NCBI GenBank assembly: GCA_964567855.1
Contig: CAZMOE010000003.1
Span: 64,622 to 128,621 of the forward strand
Direction of reading: 5' to 3'
Length of the DNA stretch: 64,000 nucleotides
From: an uncultured Prevotellaceae bacterium
GTDB lineage: Bacteria > Bacteroidota > Bacteroidia > Bacteroidales > UBA3663
Part shown: in pieces, positions 30,480 to 40,198 of the stretch
How positions within the stretch are numbered: the stretch's first letter is position 1
How the letters are laid out: each line of letters opens with the position of its first letter
Notes under the pieces: model-generated
Seen by the model: only the letters and a program-made list of their open reading frames with translations
Database searches by the model: none
What the model was told of the DNA's origin: nothing
Program-made: the position numbers and the translations under genes

Positions 30480-32666
30480 TTATCGAATCCAGAGCAGTTC
30501 ACGATATTTGGGCAACGGCCAGACGTTGTCATCGACAATCTCCTCGAGTTTGTCAATCGGACGGCGGATAGCGGCAAAAGACTCCGCAATCTCATGATAT
30601 GCCATCGCGCGCTCAAAATCATCGGCAATGCGATTGGCAACCTTGCGCTTGGCAACCATAGCATCGACCTTCTGCTTGATATCGGCGTTATAGCCGGCGA
30701 TTTTCTTGATAAGAGCAAGCTCCGGAGCCGAAAGGCGCTCCCAGTCAACCGGGAAGAGGGACTTCACTAAAGCTACGTTCTTAAGCAATGAGGTCTGATA
30801 CATCGTCGCAGACGAAATGATATGATTGATTGCCAGGTCGCCAAGAGTACGGGCCTCAATCTGAACGAGCTTCACGTAAGTCTCCCATTTCACCTCATTA
30901 CGGGCTTTAAGCTCCGCGGGTGTGAAAATGCCCAGCTTGGAAAACATCTGAACGGAAGACGGGCGAGTGTATTCCAAAAACATCTTGGGTACGCACCGCT
31001 CAATATCCAGACCACGCTTCATGGCCTCCTTCGGCCACTCGTCGGAATATCCGTTGCCGTCGAAGCAAACCGTATCGATCACCTCCGCAATCAATGGCTT
31101 CAAGCAAATCATGAAGGCCTCCTTCATCGGTGTGCCTTTGGCCATTTCCTTATCCACGTCGGCCTTGAAATCGATCAGTTGTTCGGCCACAGCGGCGTTG
31201 AGAACAGTCATTGCACTGGCGCAATTGGCTTTAGAACCCACGGCACGGAATTCAAAGCGATTGCCGGTGAACGCAAACGGAGAGGTACGGTTACGATCGG
31301 TGTTGTCGACGAAAATTTCCGGAATTTCCACCAGTCCGATAGAATACGGATGCCTTCCGGCAATGACGATATCGGTATCATTCGGCACTTCAAGCAATTT
31401 ACGCATAACGTCGGTCATCGTCTTCCCCAAGAAAGCGGAAATAATAGCCGGCGGAGCTTCATTGGCACCCAGACGATGCGCATTCGTGGCCGAAGCGATA
31501 GATGCCTTCAGCAATGCACCGTGGCGCTTGACAGCCATCAGCACATTCACGAAGAAAGTCACGAACTGCAGATTGCTCATCGGGTCTTTCCCCGGTGCGA
31601 GAAGGATCACGCCCGTGTTGGTAGAAAGCGACCAGTTGTTATGTTTGCCTGACCCGTTGATACCTTCAAACGGCTTCTCATGCAGAAGCACCCGGAATCC
31701 GTGGCGACGGGCCACCTTCTTCATGACACCCATGATCAGCATATTCTGGTCGGTCGCCAAGTTGGCCTCACCGAAAATCGGTGCAAATTCAAACTGATTA
31801 GGCGCTACCTCATTGTGTCGCGTTTTCATCGGAATGCCCAACAAGTGTCCCTGAATCTCCAGATCTTTCATAAATGCCTGCACGCGGGTAGGTATCTGTC
31901 CGAAATAATGGTCGTCCATCTGCTGATTCTTGGCAGAAGCATGTCCCATCAATGTACGGCCGCATGCCATCAGGTCCGGACGCGCCGCATACAAACCTTC
32001 ATCGACCAAGAAATACTCTTGTTCCCATCCGAGGTTGGAAATGACCTTAGTCACATTCGGATCGAACATCTGACAGATCGGCAGCGCCGCATCGTTAACG
32101 GCTTTGAGCGACTTCTTCAGCGGTGCCTTGTTGTCCAGCGACTCTCCGGTGTAGGAAATAAAAACCGTCGGAATGCAAAGACAATCGTCGAGAATGAAAA
32201 CCGGCGACGTCGGGTCCCATGCCGTGTAACCGCGGGCCTCGAAAGTGGCACGGATGCCGCCACTCGGGAAAGATGAGGCGTCGGGCTCCTGCTGAACCAG
32301 CGACTTACCCTCGAACTCCTCGATCATGCCGCCCTTCCAGTCGTACTCCATGAATGAATCATGTTTCTCCGCCGTCGTTTCTGTCAATGGCTGGAACCAA
32401 TGGCAGCAATGGGTTACGCCATGCTCCATCGCCCAAGTCTTCATGCCTAAAGCCACCGCATCAGCCGTATCCCTGTCCAGAGATACTCCATTATCGATGC
32501 AGTTGATCAACGCTTTATAAGTTTTCAGGTCCAAATATTTGAACATCTTGGCACGATTAAAGACTAACTCGCCAAAATACTCGGACGGACGACCGGCCGG
32601 AGCCTCTACGTCGACAGCGCGCTTCTTGAAAGCTTCCTGTACGACATCAAATCTCAGCTTGCTCAT
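30480..32666 (-). CDS. glnN: Glutamine synthetase type III
   Basis: 728 aa, the characteristic GSIII length. The N-terminus MSKLRFDVVQEAFKKR and the internal block KPFEGINGSGKHNNWS are typical of Bacteroides GSIII. Confidence 0.93.
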   Translation of the reverse strand: MSKLRFDVVQEAFKKRAVDVEAPAGRPSEYFGELVFNRAKMFKYLDLKTYKALINCIDNGVSLDRDTADAVALGMKTWAMEHGVTHCCHWFQPLTETTAEKHDSFMEYDWKGGMIEEFEGKSLVQQEPDASSFPSGGIRATFEARGYTAWDPTSPVFILDDCLCIPTVFISYTGESLDNKAPLKKSLKAVNDAALPICQMFDPNVTKVISNLGWEQEYFLVDEGLYAARPDLMACGRTLMGHASAKNQQMDDHYFGQIPTRVQAFMKDLEIQGHLLGIPMKTRHNEVAPNQFEFAPIFGEANLATDQNMLIMGVMKKVARRHGFRVLLHEKPFEGINGSGKHNNWSLSTNTGVILLAPGKDPMSNLQFVTFFVNVLMAVKRHGALLKASIASATNAHRLGANEAPPAIISAFLGKTMTDVMRKLLEVPNDTDIVIAGRHPYSIGLVEIPEIFVDNTDRNRTSPFAFTGNRFEFRAVGSKANCASAMTVLNAAVAEQLIDFKADVDKEMAKGTPMKEAFMICLKPLIAEVIDTVCFDGNGYSDEWPKEAMKRGLDIERCVPKMFLEYTRPSSVQMFSKLGIFTPAELKARNEVKWETYVKLVQIEARTLGDLAINHIISSATMYQTSLLKNVALVKSLFPVDWERLSAPELALIKKIAGYNADIKQKVDAMVAKRKVANRIADDFERAMAYHEIAESFAAIRRPIDKLEEIVDDNVWPLPKYRELLWIR

Positions 32667-32749
32667 TAATATAATGTATTAAGTAGTTTATTTGATTATA
32701 ATCACCTCAGGGGAAACACATACCTTAACCGTTTTACCAATCGGCGGGG

Positions 32750-32781
32750 CAAATATAAAAGCAAAAAATTGCAGTTCCAAA
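32750..32781 (-). promoter_or_regulatory. Bacteroidota sigma-A type promoter for glnN
   Basis: On the minus strand: TTTG (32781-32778), a 20-nt spacer, then TATATTTG (32757-32750). Confidence 0.6.
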
Positions 32782-32852
32782 GAATCTAAAAACTTATTGC
32801 TTCCGTTTCCATCATAATCACAGATTTTTTATCGTCGCAATAGCAAAAATGC

Positions 32853-34163
32853 TTAATTATATGCAGTCTCGCCATGCTCGTAAATATCAAGACCTTCCTC
32901 CTCGATACGGGCCGGCACTCTGAGACCATGCAAACGTTTGAGGGCAAGGAATAAAAACATGCCGGTGGCAAAGGCCCATCCGATGATGGCCAGCACACCA
33001 AGAATCTGAACACCTAACGAATGATCCGGATCGGTAGAAAAAACGCCGACCATGATAGTACCGATCACTCCGCCTACTCCATGCACAGAGACGGCACCGA
33101 CCGGATCATCGATCTTCGCAACCTTATCCAGGAAATTCACTGAAAGGCACATGGCGATCGAAGCTATCACACCGATCAGGGCAGCAGCCCAGATTTCCAC
33201 ACAATCGCAACCGGCAGTAATACCAACCAGACCCGCCAAAACCCCATTGCAAACCATGGAAAGAGATGGCTTACCATCCACAAGCCATGTAAACAGGAGC
33301 GCGGCGATTCCTCCGGTAGCGGCAGCCATATTCGTGGTCATCATTACATGTGAAATGGCCGTGGCGTTCTCCGCTCCGGTAGCGGAAAGCTGAGAACCGG
33401 GATTGAAGCCGAACCATCCCATCCAGAGAATGAAAACTCCAAGCGCGGCAAGGGTCAGATTATGCCCGGGGATAGCTCTCGACCTCCCTTCTTTCGTATA
33501 TTTTCCAAGCCGCGGTCCCAAGACTATAGCTCCGGCCAAGGCCAGAAATCCGCCACAGGCATGCACCACGGCAGAGCCGGCAAAATCATGAAAGCCCATA
33601 TCGGCCAGCCAGCCGCCGCCCCAAGACCAATGTCCCTCGATCGGGTAAATGAATGCGGAAATAAGAACCGAATACACCAGATACATCGAAAACTTGGTGC
33701 GTTCCGCCATCGCGCCCGAAACAATCGTCGCCGTGGTTGCGGCAAACACCGTCTGGAACATTAAAGTACATTCACGTGGAATGTTGGTATCTTCTCCCTT
33801 GAAGAAAAAGCCGTCCCATCCGCAAAAAGCACATCCGGCGCCATACATGATGCTGAACCCGAAGATCCAATAGATCACAGAGCCGGCCATGAAGTCTACA
33901 AAGTTCTTCATAAGAATATTGGCCGTATTTTTGGCACGGGTCATACCGGCTTCGACCAACGCGAAACCGGGTTGCATCCAAAAGACCAGCATGGCGGCCA
34001 ATAAAACCCAAACCGTATCCAATCCGCTGATGCCGGCCATCGCTTCGCCGGCACATTCGGCCATCACAACACCGTTGTCAATTACTCCGTCAGCCGCGCA
34101 AGCAGCAACATTACCGACTGTCATGACAGTATCAATCATATTTTCCATAATTTCTGAAATCAA
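32853..34163 (-). CDS. amt: Ammonium transporter (Amt family)
   Basis: 436 aa with about 11 TM helices. Amt blocks are present (FALVEAGMTRAKN, DFAGSAVVHACGG, GHWSWGGGWL). Confidence 0.93.
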   Translation of the reverse strand: MISEIMENMIDTVMTVGNVAACAADGVIDNGVVMAECAGEAMAGISGLDTVWVLLAAMLVFWMQPGFALVEAGMTRAKNTANILMKNFVDFMAGSVIYWIFGFSIMYGAGCAFCGWDGFFFKGEDTNIPRECTLMFQTVFAATTATIVSGAMAERTKFSMYLVYSVLISAFIYPIEGHWSWGGGWLADMGFHDFAGSAVVHACGGFLALAGAIVLGPRLGKYTKEGRSRAIPGHNLTLAALGVFILWMGWFGFNPGSQLSATGAENATAISHVMMTTNMAAATGGIAALLFTWLVDGKPSLSMVCNGVLAGLVGITAGCDCVEIWAAALIGVIASIAMCLSVNFLDKVAKIDDPVGAVSVHGVGGVIGTIMVGVFSTDPDHSLGVQILGVLAIIGWAFATGMFLFLALKRLHGLRVPARIEEEGLDIYEHGETAYN

Positions 34164-34329
34164 AATCGTAAAATAATCCGCTCACCGGGCAGACACAGGC
34201 ATTTATACAATGTCCTACAGAATGATTCCGCTTCCTTGCACCGGTATATCGCGATCCCTGTCCCGGCAACCATGTACATCGTACTTACCGGTGGCAGTTT
34301 TTTCTCTATTTTATCCAATAAACACACTA

Positions 34330-34677
34330 TTATTTCTTATCACGCAACACCGTATCGCCACATTCGCCCGTACGGATGGAATAACATTCCTCTACCGGAG
34401 AGACAAAGATGCGCCCGTCGCCTACCTCGCCAGTGTGGGCCGCATCCATGATGGCTTTGACCGTCGATTCGACAAACATATCGCGACAAACAATGGAAAT
34501 CCTCACCCGCTCGATCATGTCGGTATTATACATGACTCCGCGATAGATCCGTTCCTGCCGGGATTGGCCGATCCCTTTCACATCAGTATATTCAAACCAG
34601 TTGATATCGGCGGCCATAATGGACTCTTTCACCTCCTCGAACTTGGTTTTCCTGATAACTGCATCGATTCTTTTCAT
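34330..34677 (-). CDS. glnK: P-II family nitrogen regulator
   Basis: The start was trimmed to ATG 34677 (MKRIDAVIRKTKFEEVKESI). It has a T-loop with IYRG and a C-terminal GDGRIFVSPVEECYSIRTGE. Position directly upstream of amt. Confidence 0.88.
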   Translation of the reverse strand: MKRIDAVIRKTKFEEVKESIMAADINWFEYTDVKGIGQSRQERIYRGVMYNTDMIERVRISIVCRDMFVESTVKAIMDAAHTGEVGDGRIFVSPVEECYSIRTGECGDTVLRDKK

Positions 34678-34845
34678 AACACTACTATAACTATTAAAAT
34701 GAAGACAATGAATACTTACGTTATAAAATGCACGCAAACGGATCCGACCGACAGACGAAAAAAAATCAAATACCTAAAGAATAACCATAACGCTGCCAGA
34801 AAAATGATCGTGCCACCGGCCAAATACCGTTTGATGCATAAAAAA

Positions 34846-35586
34846 TCAGAACGAAACTCCGACAACAAAGAAGGTAGCTTCGCTCTGAGGATTATAGACG
34901 ACCTGTCCCATAAACGGAATGCCTTTCAATTCTTTCACGGCAGTAACAGAACAGTTCACGACATTGAATTTCTTATTGCCGACAGAAGTGACGGCATCCT
35001 CCCACGGGCTGGCGCCGACAGCGGCTGTACAATCCACTCCGCCCAATTTGAACGGCGCAGAAACTTCGACATACGATGAATAAAGGCGCTTGCCATAATA
35101 AACCTCGGAAGCCTCGCCATCTGCACCGACAACCTCATAGCTCTTACGGTCGGGACCGGCAAGCATCGTGTTCCACGACAATGCCACCACGCCGAAATCA
35201 TAACCTAAATTCAACTCCAGCTGGTGAGCGGAAGACTGATTGAAACTCCAGTTTGAAAGATAATCGCCGGTGCAGTAGGTATAATCCGTGAGCCCGACAG
35301 AGAAATCCCCGATTTCGTAAGCCAAAGAAAGATCGAACTCGGCCATGTTGGCCACCGAGGAGGCGCTATTTAACAACTCGGCAGAAGCCCACACGCCGAA
35401 CGAAAGCCCTTTCCAGCTCAATGTAGCTCCCGGCTGAATACTGAAACCGCCGCAATCCTGCCCGCGCCAGATATAGGAACTTACCAAATCGGCGCCGACC
35501 TCCAGTTCGACACCCCCGTCAGCATAGGAAGGAACGGCACACAAAGACATTCCTACCATACACACACCTGTAAATAACTTTTGCAT
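34846..35586 (-). CDS. Outer-membrane beta-barrel protein (TorF-like putative porin) heading the glnK-amt cluster
   Basis: 246 aa with a signal peptide ending in YADG. Block SSYIWRGQD. Alternating amphipathic strands and a terminal F. Confidence 0.6.
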   Translation of the reverse strand: MQKLFTGVCMVGMSLCAVPSYADGGVELEVGADLVSSYIWRGQDCGGFSIQPGATLSWKGLSFGVWASAELLNSASSVANMAEFDLSLAYEIGDFSVGLTDYTYCTGDYLSNWSFNQSSAHQLELNLGYDFGVVALSWNTMLAGPDRKSYEVVGADGEASEVYYGKRLYSSYVEVSAPFKLGGVDCTAAVGASPWEDAVTSVGNKKFNVVNCSVTAVKELKGIPFMGQVVYNPQSEATFFVVGVSF

Positions 35587-35655
35587 AATACTTTTATTTT
35601 ATAAATGAATAGATAGTCCGGCAATCTGACATTACCACTGACCGTTTTACGGCTG

Positions 35656-35687
35656 CAAATATACAAAGTGTATAAATCACGTCCAAA
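35656..35687 (-). promoter_or_regulatory. Bacteroidota sigma-A type promoter for the porin-glnK-amt unit
   Basis: On the minus strand: TTTG (35687-35684), a 20-nt spacer, then TATATTTG (35663-35656). Confidence 0.6.
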
Positions 35688-35985
35688 AAAATCAATAAAA
35701 TTATTCATATAATATTAAAAATTTGTTCATCAATAAATCAAATTGGAATCTTTTTACTTTCAATACAGAAAATAAGATGGATTTTGTCAATCATTTTATT
35801 TAAAATCACTTTCTTTTTTCTTGAATAATGTATTTTTGCATTTTTAATTGCAAAATGACAAAATATTTCACATAACATTTCCAATTTGAAAGCAAACAGG
35901 GCATTTAGGAAGCATTAACGAAAATCAGAAATCCGCACAGCGAAACAGCAGCCGGCATCTTATACATCAACATCCGTTCCAGAGA

Positions 35986-36017
35986 TTTGGCCAATTGCTC
36001 GTTTTACATTATTTTTG
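35986..36017 (+). promoter_or_regulatory. Bacteroidota sigma-A type promoter for the GH31 gene
   Basis: TTTG (35986-35989), a 20-nt spacer, then TATTTTTG (36010-36017). The ORF-track start 35987 lies inside it, which supports ATG 36044. Confidence 0.6.
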
Positions 36018-36043
36018 CCTACAAAACCATTATATCGCACATC

Positions 36044-38905
36044 ATGCTGAAACATATCCTCCTCGCCGCTTTGTCGGCACTTCCCTATTCAGGCTTCGGC
36101 CGTCAGCCGGAAAAATCCGTCACCTCCAACGACGTTGTCATCCCCGTCACAACTCCCGCAACGGGCTCTGCCAAACAGGTCCGTGTCCGCGCCATCGACG
36201 ATAACATCATCCGCATCACAGCCACCCGTCAAGACACTTTTGCCGACGGCCGCAGTCTTATTGTCGGTCCTCAAAATATCACGGCGGCTATCGACATCAC
36301 CGAAAGCGATACTTCCGTCACGGTAGCGACCGCCGCATTGCGTGTCATCGTCGACCGCCGCACCGGCGGAACCGTCTTCCAGACCGTCGACGGCGCTTCC
36401 CTCCTCGCCGAAACTGCCGACGGCCCGCAGTTCACCCCTTACGAGGCCGGCGGCAAACAGGAATGGAGTATTGCCCAACGCTTCCACGCCACCCCCGGCG
36501 AGGGATTCTACGGATTGGGGCAGCATCAGGCGGACGAATGGAACTACAGCGGCAAAAATGAGGAACTGTTTCAATACAATACCAAGGTCAGCCTCCCCAT
36601 GATCGTCTCTTCGCGCGGCTACGGCCTGCTCTGGGACTGTTATTCCCTCTGCCGCTGGGGCGACGAGCGCCCCTATAGTCCTCTGGGCGATATCTTCACT
36701 CTCTACGACCGGCAAGGAAACCCCGGAAGCCTCACCGGCACCTACATTTCCGCCCTCAGCGATACATTGATCCGCCCCGAAACTTCCATCGGCTTTGAAG
36801 ATATCTTCTCGATACAGGCCCTGCCGGAAAATTTCAAATTAGACGGTGCCCGTGTGACCTACGAAGGAGAGCTGGAACCCGCCGCCACCGGCCTCATACA
36901 CTTCAACCTCTACTACGCCGGCTACACCCGCGTATATATAAATGAGGAGCCGCTTGTGGCCGAACGCTGGCGCACCTCCTGGAACCCGAACAGTTACAAA
37001 TTCACCTACCCCGCCGTTGCCGGCCGGCGGCTCCGCCTCCGCATCGAATGGCAACCCGACGGCGGCACCTCCTACTGCGCGCTGCGCGCCCTGCCGCCGG
37101 TTGAAGAAAGCCGGCAACGGCAGCCCGCCTTCTGGCAGGAAATGAATCCGGAGCTGGACTATTATTTCATCGGCGGCGGCACAGCCGACAAGGTCATCGC
37201 CGGCTATCGCCGCCTGACCGGCCGCGCCCCCATCATGCCCCGCTGGGCCATGGGCTTCTGGCAAAGCCGCGAACGTTACAAGACGCAGCAGGAACTGCTC
37301 TCCACCCTCGATGAATTTCGCCGACGCCGGTTCCCTATCGACAATATCGTACAGGACTGGAGCTATTGGCCGGAAGAAAGTTGGGGCAGCCATGAGTTCG
37401 ACCCCGCCCGCTTTCCCGACCCGAAGGGGATGATAGACAGCGTGCACGCCCGGAACGCCCGCTTTATGATCTCGGTATGGCCTAAGTTCTATGTCACCAC
37501 CGACCACTACAAGGAACTCGACGCCCAGGGGTGGATGTACCGCCGCGCTGTCGAGGACAGCATCCGTGACTGGATCGGACGGGGATATCTCGGCTCGTTC
37601 TACGACGCCTATGCTCCCGGTGCGCGCCGCCTGTTCTGGCAACAGATGCGTGATCACCTCTTCCCGCTGGGCGTGGACGCCTGGTGGATGGATGCTTCCG
37701 AACCCAACGTTCGCGACTGTACCCCGATAGACTATCGGAAGGCGCTCTGCGGCCCCACTGCCCTGGGCCCCTCCGATGAATACTTCAACGCCTATGCCCT
37801 GATGAACGCCGAAGCCATTTATAACGGCCAGCGCGAAGCCGACCCCGACCGCCGCGTCTTTCTGCTCACCCGCTCCGGTTTCGCCGGCCTGCAACGATAT
37901 AGTACCGCCACCTGGAGCGGCGACATCGGCACCCGATGGGAAGATATGAAGGCCCAGATTTCAGCAGGACTCAACTTCAGCATTGGCGGTATCCCGTTCT
38001 GGACGATGGACATCGGCGGCTTCTGTGTGGAACGCCGCTACGAGAAAGCACAAAAGCTTTTTGACAAGAGCGGACGTGAAAACGACGACCTGCGCGAGTG
38101 GCGGGAACTTAATACGCGCTGGTTCCAGTTCGGAGCTTTCGTGCCGCTCTACCGCGCCCACGGCCAATTCCCGAAACGCGAGCCCTGGCACATCGCTCCC
38201 GACGACCATCCGGCCTACCGGAGCATCCTCTACTACACCCGCCTGCGCTATGCGCTCATGCCCTACCTTTACAGTATGGCTGGGGCCGCCCACCACAATG
38301 ACTACACCCTGATGCGCCCCTTGGTGATGGACTTCCCGACCGACACCGCCGCCCTCAACATCGGTGATCAGTACCTCTTCGGTCCCGCCCTGATGGTCTG
38401 CCCCGTCTACCGCTATCAGGCGCGCACCCGCGACCTCTATTTTCCGACCGGCCGCCGCTGGTATGATTTCTACAGCGGCCGACAAGTGAGCGAGCAAGGC
38501 GGACACCGTGCCACGGTCGACGCCCCTTATGAGCGCATCCCCCTCTTCGTGCCCGGCGGCGCCATCCTCGTCACAGGCCCCGACCTGCAATATGCCGACG
38601 AGAAGCCCCTCGATGAAGTGATCGTTTACCTCTATGCCGGCCGCGACGGCTCATTCACTCTCTACGAAGATGACGGCACCACCTACGGCTACGAACGCGG
38701 CGCCTACTGCACCACGGAACTCACCTACGACGACACCCGCCGCACCCTGACCATCGGCCGTCGCCAAGGCAGTTATCCCGGCATGGTAAAACGGCGCACG
38801 TTCCGCATCGTCTACGTCACACCCGATACACCCCACGGCTACGGCGACAGCGAAACCGCCCGCGTCGTTAAATATACAGGGAAATCCGTAAGCATCCGGC
38901 TCTGA
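36044..38905 (+). CDS. Glycoside hydrolase family 31 with a PA14-like insert (alpha-xylosidase/alpha-glucosidase type)
   Basis: Signal peptide MLKHILLAALSALPYSGFG. GH31 nucleophile region GVDAWWMDASEPN and acid/base region FWTMDIGGF. A PA14-like insert sits near residues 230-350, as in xyloglucan-active GH31 enzymes. Substrate specificity was not determined. Confidence 0.85.
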   Translation: MLKHILLAALSALPYSGFGRQPEKSVTSNDVVIPVTTPATGSAKQVRVRAIDDNIIRITATRQDTFADGRSLIVGPQNITAAIDITESDTSVTVATAALRVIVDRRTGGTVFQTVDGASLLAETADGPQFTPYEAGGKQEWSIAQRFHATPGEGFYGLGQHQADEWNYSGKNEELFQYNTKVSLPMIVSSRGYGLLWDCYSLCRWGDERPYSPLGDIFTLYDRQGNPGSLTGTYISALSDTLIRPETSIGFEDIFSIQALPENFKLDGARVTYEGELEPAATGLIHFNLYYAGYTRVYINEEPLVAERWRTSWNPNSYKFTYPAVAGRRLRLRIEWQPDGGTSYCALRALPPVEESRQRQPAFWQEMNPELDYYFIGGGTADKVIAGYRRLTGRAPIMPRWAMGFWQSRERYKTQQELLSTLDEFRRRRFPIDNIVQDWSYWPEESWGSHEFDPARFPDPKGMIDSVHARNARFMISVWPKFYVTTDHYKELDAQGWMYRRAVEDSIRDWIGRGYLGSFYDAYAPGARRLFWQQMRDHLFPLGVDAWWMDASEPNVRDCTPIDYRKALCGPTALGPSDEYFNAYALMNAEAIYNGQREADPDRRVFLLTRSGFAGLQRYSTATWSGDIGTRWEDMKAQISAGLNFSIGGIPFWTMDIGGFCVERRYEKAQKLFDKSGRENDDLREWRELNTRWFQFGAFVPLYRAHGQFPKREPWHIAPDDHPAYRSILYYTRLRYALMPYLYSMAGAAHHNDYTLMRPLVMDFPTDTAALNIGDQYLFGPALMVCPVYRYQARTRDLYFPTGRRWYDFYSGRQVSEQGGHRATVDAPYERIPLFVPGGAILVTGPDLQYADEKPLDEVIVYLYAGRDGSFTLYEDDGTTYGYERGAYCTTELTYDDTRRTLTIGRRQGSYPGMVKRRTFRIVYVTPDTPHGYGDSETARVVKYTGKSVSIRL

Positions 38906-38931
38906 CAAGCACACCGCCGCCGCCATAACTT

Positions 38932-38986
38932 TTTCGCCCCCTTTCTTCTGCATTTTGCTTCCAAAATACCAAGAAAGGGGGCGAAA
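38932..38986 (+). terminator. Intrinsic terminator after the GH31 gene
   Basis: A perfect 16-bp stem: TTTCGCCCCCTTTCTT (38932-38947) pairs with AAGAAAGGGGGCGAAA (38971-38986). It is followed by TTCATTTG. Confidence 0.7.
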
Positions 38987-39024
38987 TTCATTTGACATAA
39001 AAGAAAAAACAGATGCTGGCAGAG

Positions 39025-39083
39025 TTGTCAATATTTTGTCAATCCCAAAATGAGGAAAAATAGCGGGTTTCTCCATACTTTTG
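39025..39083 (+). promoter_or_regulatory. Promoter with tandem TTGTCAA repeats (putative operator), twin of 45395-45452
   Basis: TTGTCAA at 39025 and 39036 (11-bp phasing), AAAATGA 4 nt later, TTTCTCC, then the -7 box TACTTTTG (39076-39083). Confidence 0.55.
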
Positions 39084-39216
39084 CAACGTCCCCGCCCAAA
39101 GCAGGACACAATCATTGAGGATCACCGTCCCGGATACTGCCGGCAGAACTCCTCCTCTGAAAACCGATGAGAAAGAAAATATACAAAACATTTCGGACAC
39201 TTTGATTCTAATCCTT

Positions 39217-40194
39217 ATGAAACACAGGATACTTGCTTACATTGTCACGTTCTTCTGCCTCTCCGGGATGCTGCATGCTCAGACTGCGGTCCTGCTTCAT
39301 CCATACATGAACGATGAAGAATCCGATATATACGAGCAGGACGCCGACCGCTATGATGCGATTGCCAAAAGTGTTGCAGACGAACAAATGACTATACTCC
39401 GCGACTACTATAGTGACCGGCTCCAGAAACGGTGCAACGCCCTCTACAACCATCTTCTGACATGGGCCACCCACGAAGAAGTCTGTAAAACCAAGGGGAA
39501 CTATTGCCGGAACGGCTCTTATCTGACAGCCCCCATGCTTGCCGAATATCGGGAAAAATATTTTGAATTACTGTTCCAGCATCTGGACAGTAAAGAAAAT
39601 CTGCTGTCGGTAAGCCTGCCCGACAAATATATCTGGAATCTGACCGCCGATCAGCGCACCATTCTGCAGAACGCCATAATAGAAATCTCAGCTATCCTTT
39701 CCCGCTATACCGATGAGCAACTCTTCGGCAGCTCCGCTACCGCCGCCCCGACCAAAACCCTCCGATACCTTCGCTTTCACGACCAAAAGATCATGAAAGC
39801 CCTTGCCGTCATCGACACGACGGTCTACAACCGGCTCAGAGATATCGACCATTACGCCACAATCAATGCACTGAACAAAAAACAATTCCAGCGGATAATC
39901 TTTCATACCTATCACAATATAGACAAGGATATCGAAAAAATCTGGAATCTGCTGGATTCCGCAAAAATGGTCCACGACAAGGACCGAATCCGGGACAGAT
40001 ATTATATAAGAAAATATCTGATAGATCTAAAAACCGTAGAAGAACTGTACTGGAACGATAAGATCGGCCGCCAGACCGCCCGACATGCAGTCAAGGTGCA
40101 GGCCCCTCCCGTCATCAAACGCTATTTCAGTCTGCGACCCAAAAAAAAGAAAGAGAACCCCTCGCAAAAACGTGAAATCAATTATCTATGGTAA
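39217..40194 (+). CDS. Secreted helical protein of unknown function with an LTxxQ motif. Paralog of 46936-47505.
   Basis: The start was set to ATG 39217 (MKHRILAYIVTFFCLSGMLHAQ, signal peptide). It carries an LTADQRTIL motif. The C-terminal ~55 aa align with the 46936 product (IRKYLIDLKTVEELYWND..RQ...H..K..AP..I.RY). Confidence 0.7.
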   Translation: MKHRILAYIVTFFCLSGMLHAQTAVLLHPYMNDEESDIYEQDADRYDAIAKSVADEQMTILRDYYSDRLQKRCNALYNHLLTWATHEEVCKTKGNYCRNGSYLTAPMLAEYREKYFELLFQHLDSKENLLSVSLPDKYIWNLTADQRTILQNAIIEISAILSRYTDEQLFGSSATAAPTKTLRYLRFHDQKIMKALAVIDTTVYNRLRDIDHYATINALNKKQFQRIIFHTYHNIDKDIEKIWNLLDSAKMVHDKDRIRDRYYIRKYLIDLKTVEELYWNDKIGRQTARHAVKVQAPPVIKRYFSLRPKKKKENPSQKREINYLW

Positions 40195-40198
40195 TTTT

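Noticed and set aside
30335-30571. 78-aa plus-strand ORF overlapping the 3' end of glnN
   Set aside because: It overlaps glnN antisense and has basic, low-complexity composition. It is most likely part of the glnN 3' UTR region.
34210-35079. 289-aa plus-strand ORF spanning the glnK and porin genes
   Set aside because: It overlaps two well-supported minus-strand genes and their intergenic spacer. No motifs.
35784-35791. Single TTGTCAAT copies at 35784 (upstream of GH31), 41327-41334 (inverted, next to the T1 start) and TTTGTCAA at 10033 (glyQS promoter)
   Set aside because: Single 7-mers are expected by chance about 8 times in 64 kb, and they overlap the generic -33 TTTG element. Only the phased tandem copies with the co-linear AAAATGA and TTTCTCC elements were treated as significant.
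36839-37894. 351-aa ORF antisense to the GH31 gene (also 36089-36715 and 37961-38590)
   Set aside because: These are G/A-rich shadow frames of a GC-rich coding region. The GH31 frame carries the catalytic motifs.
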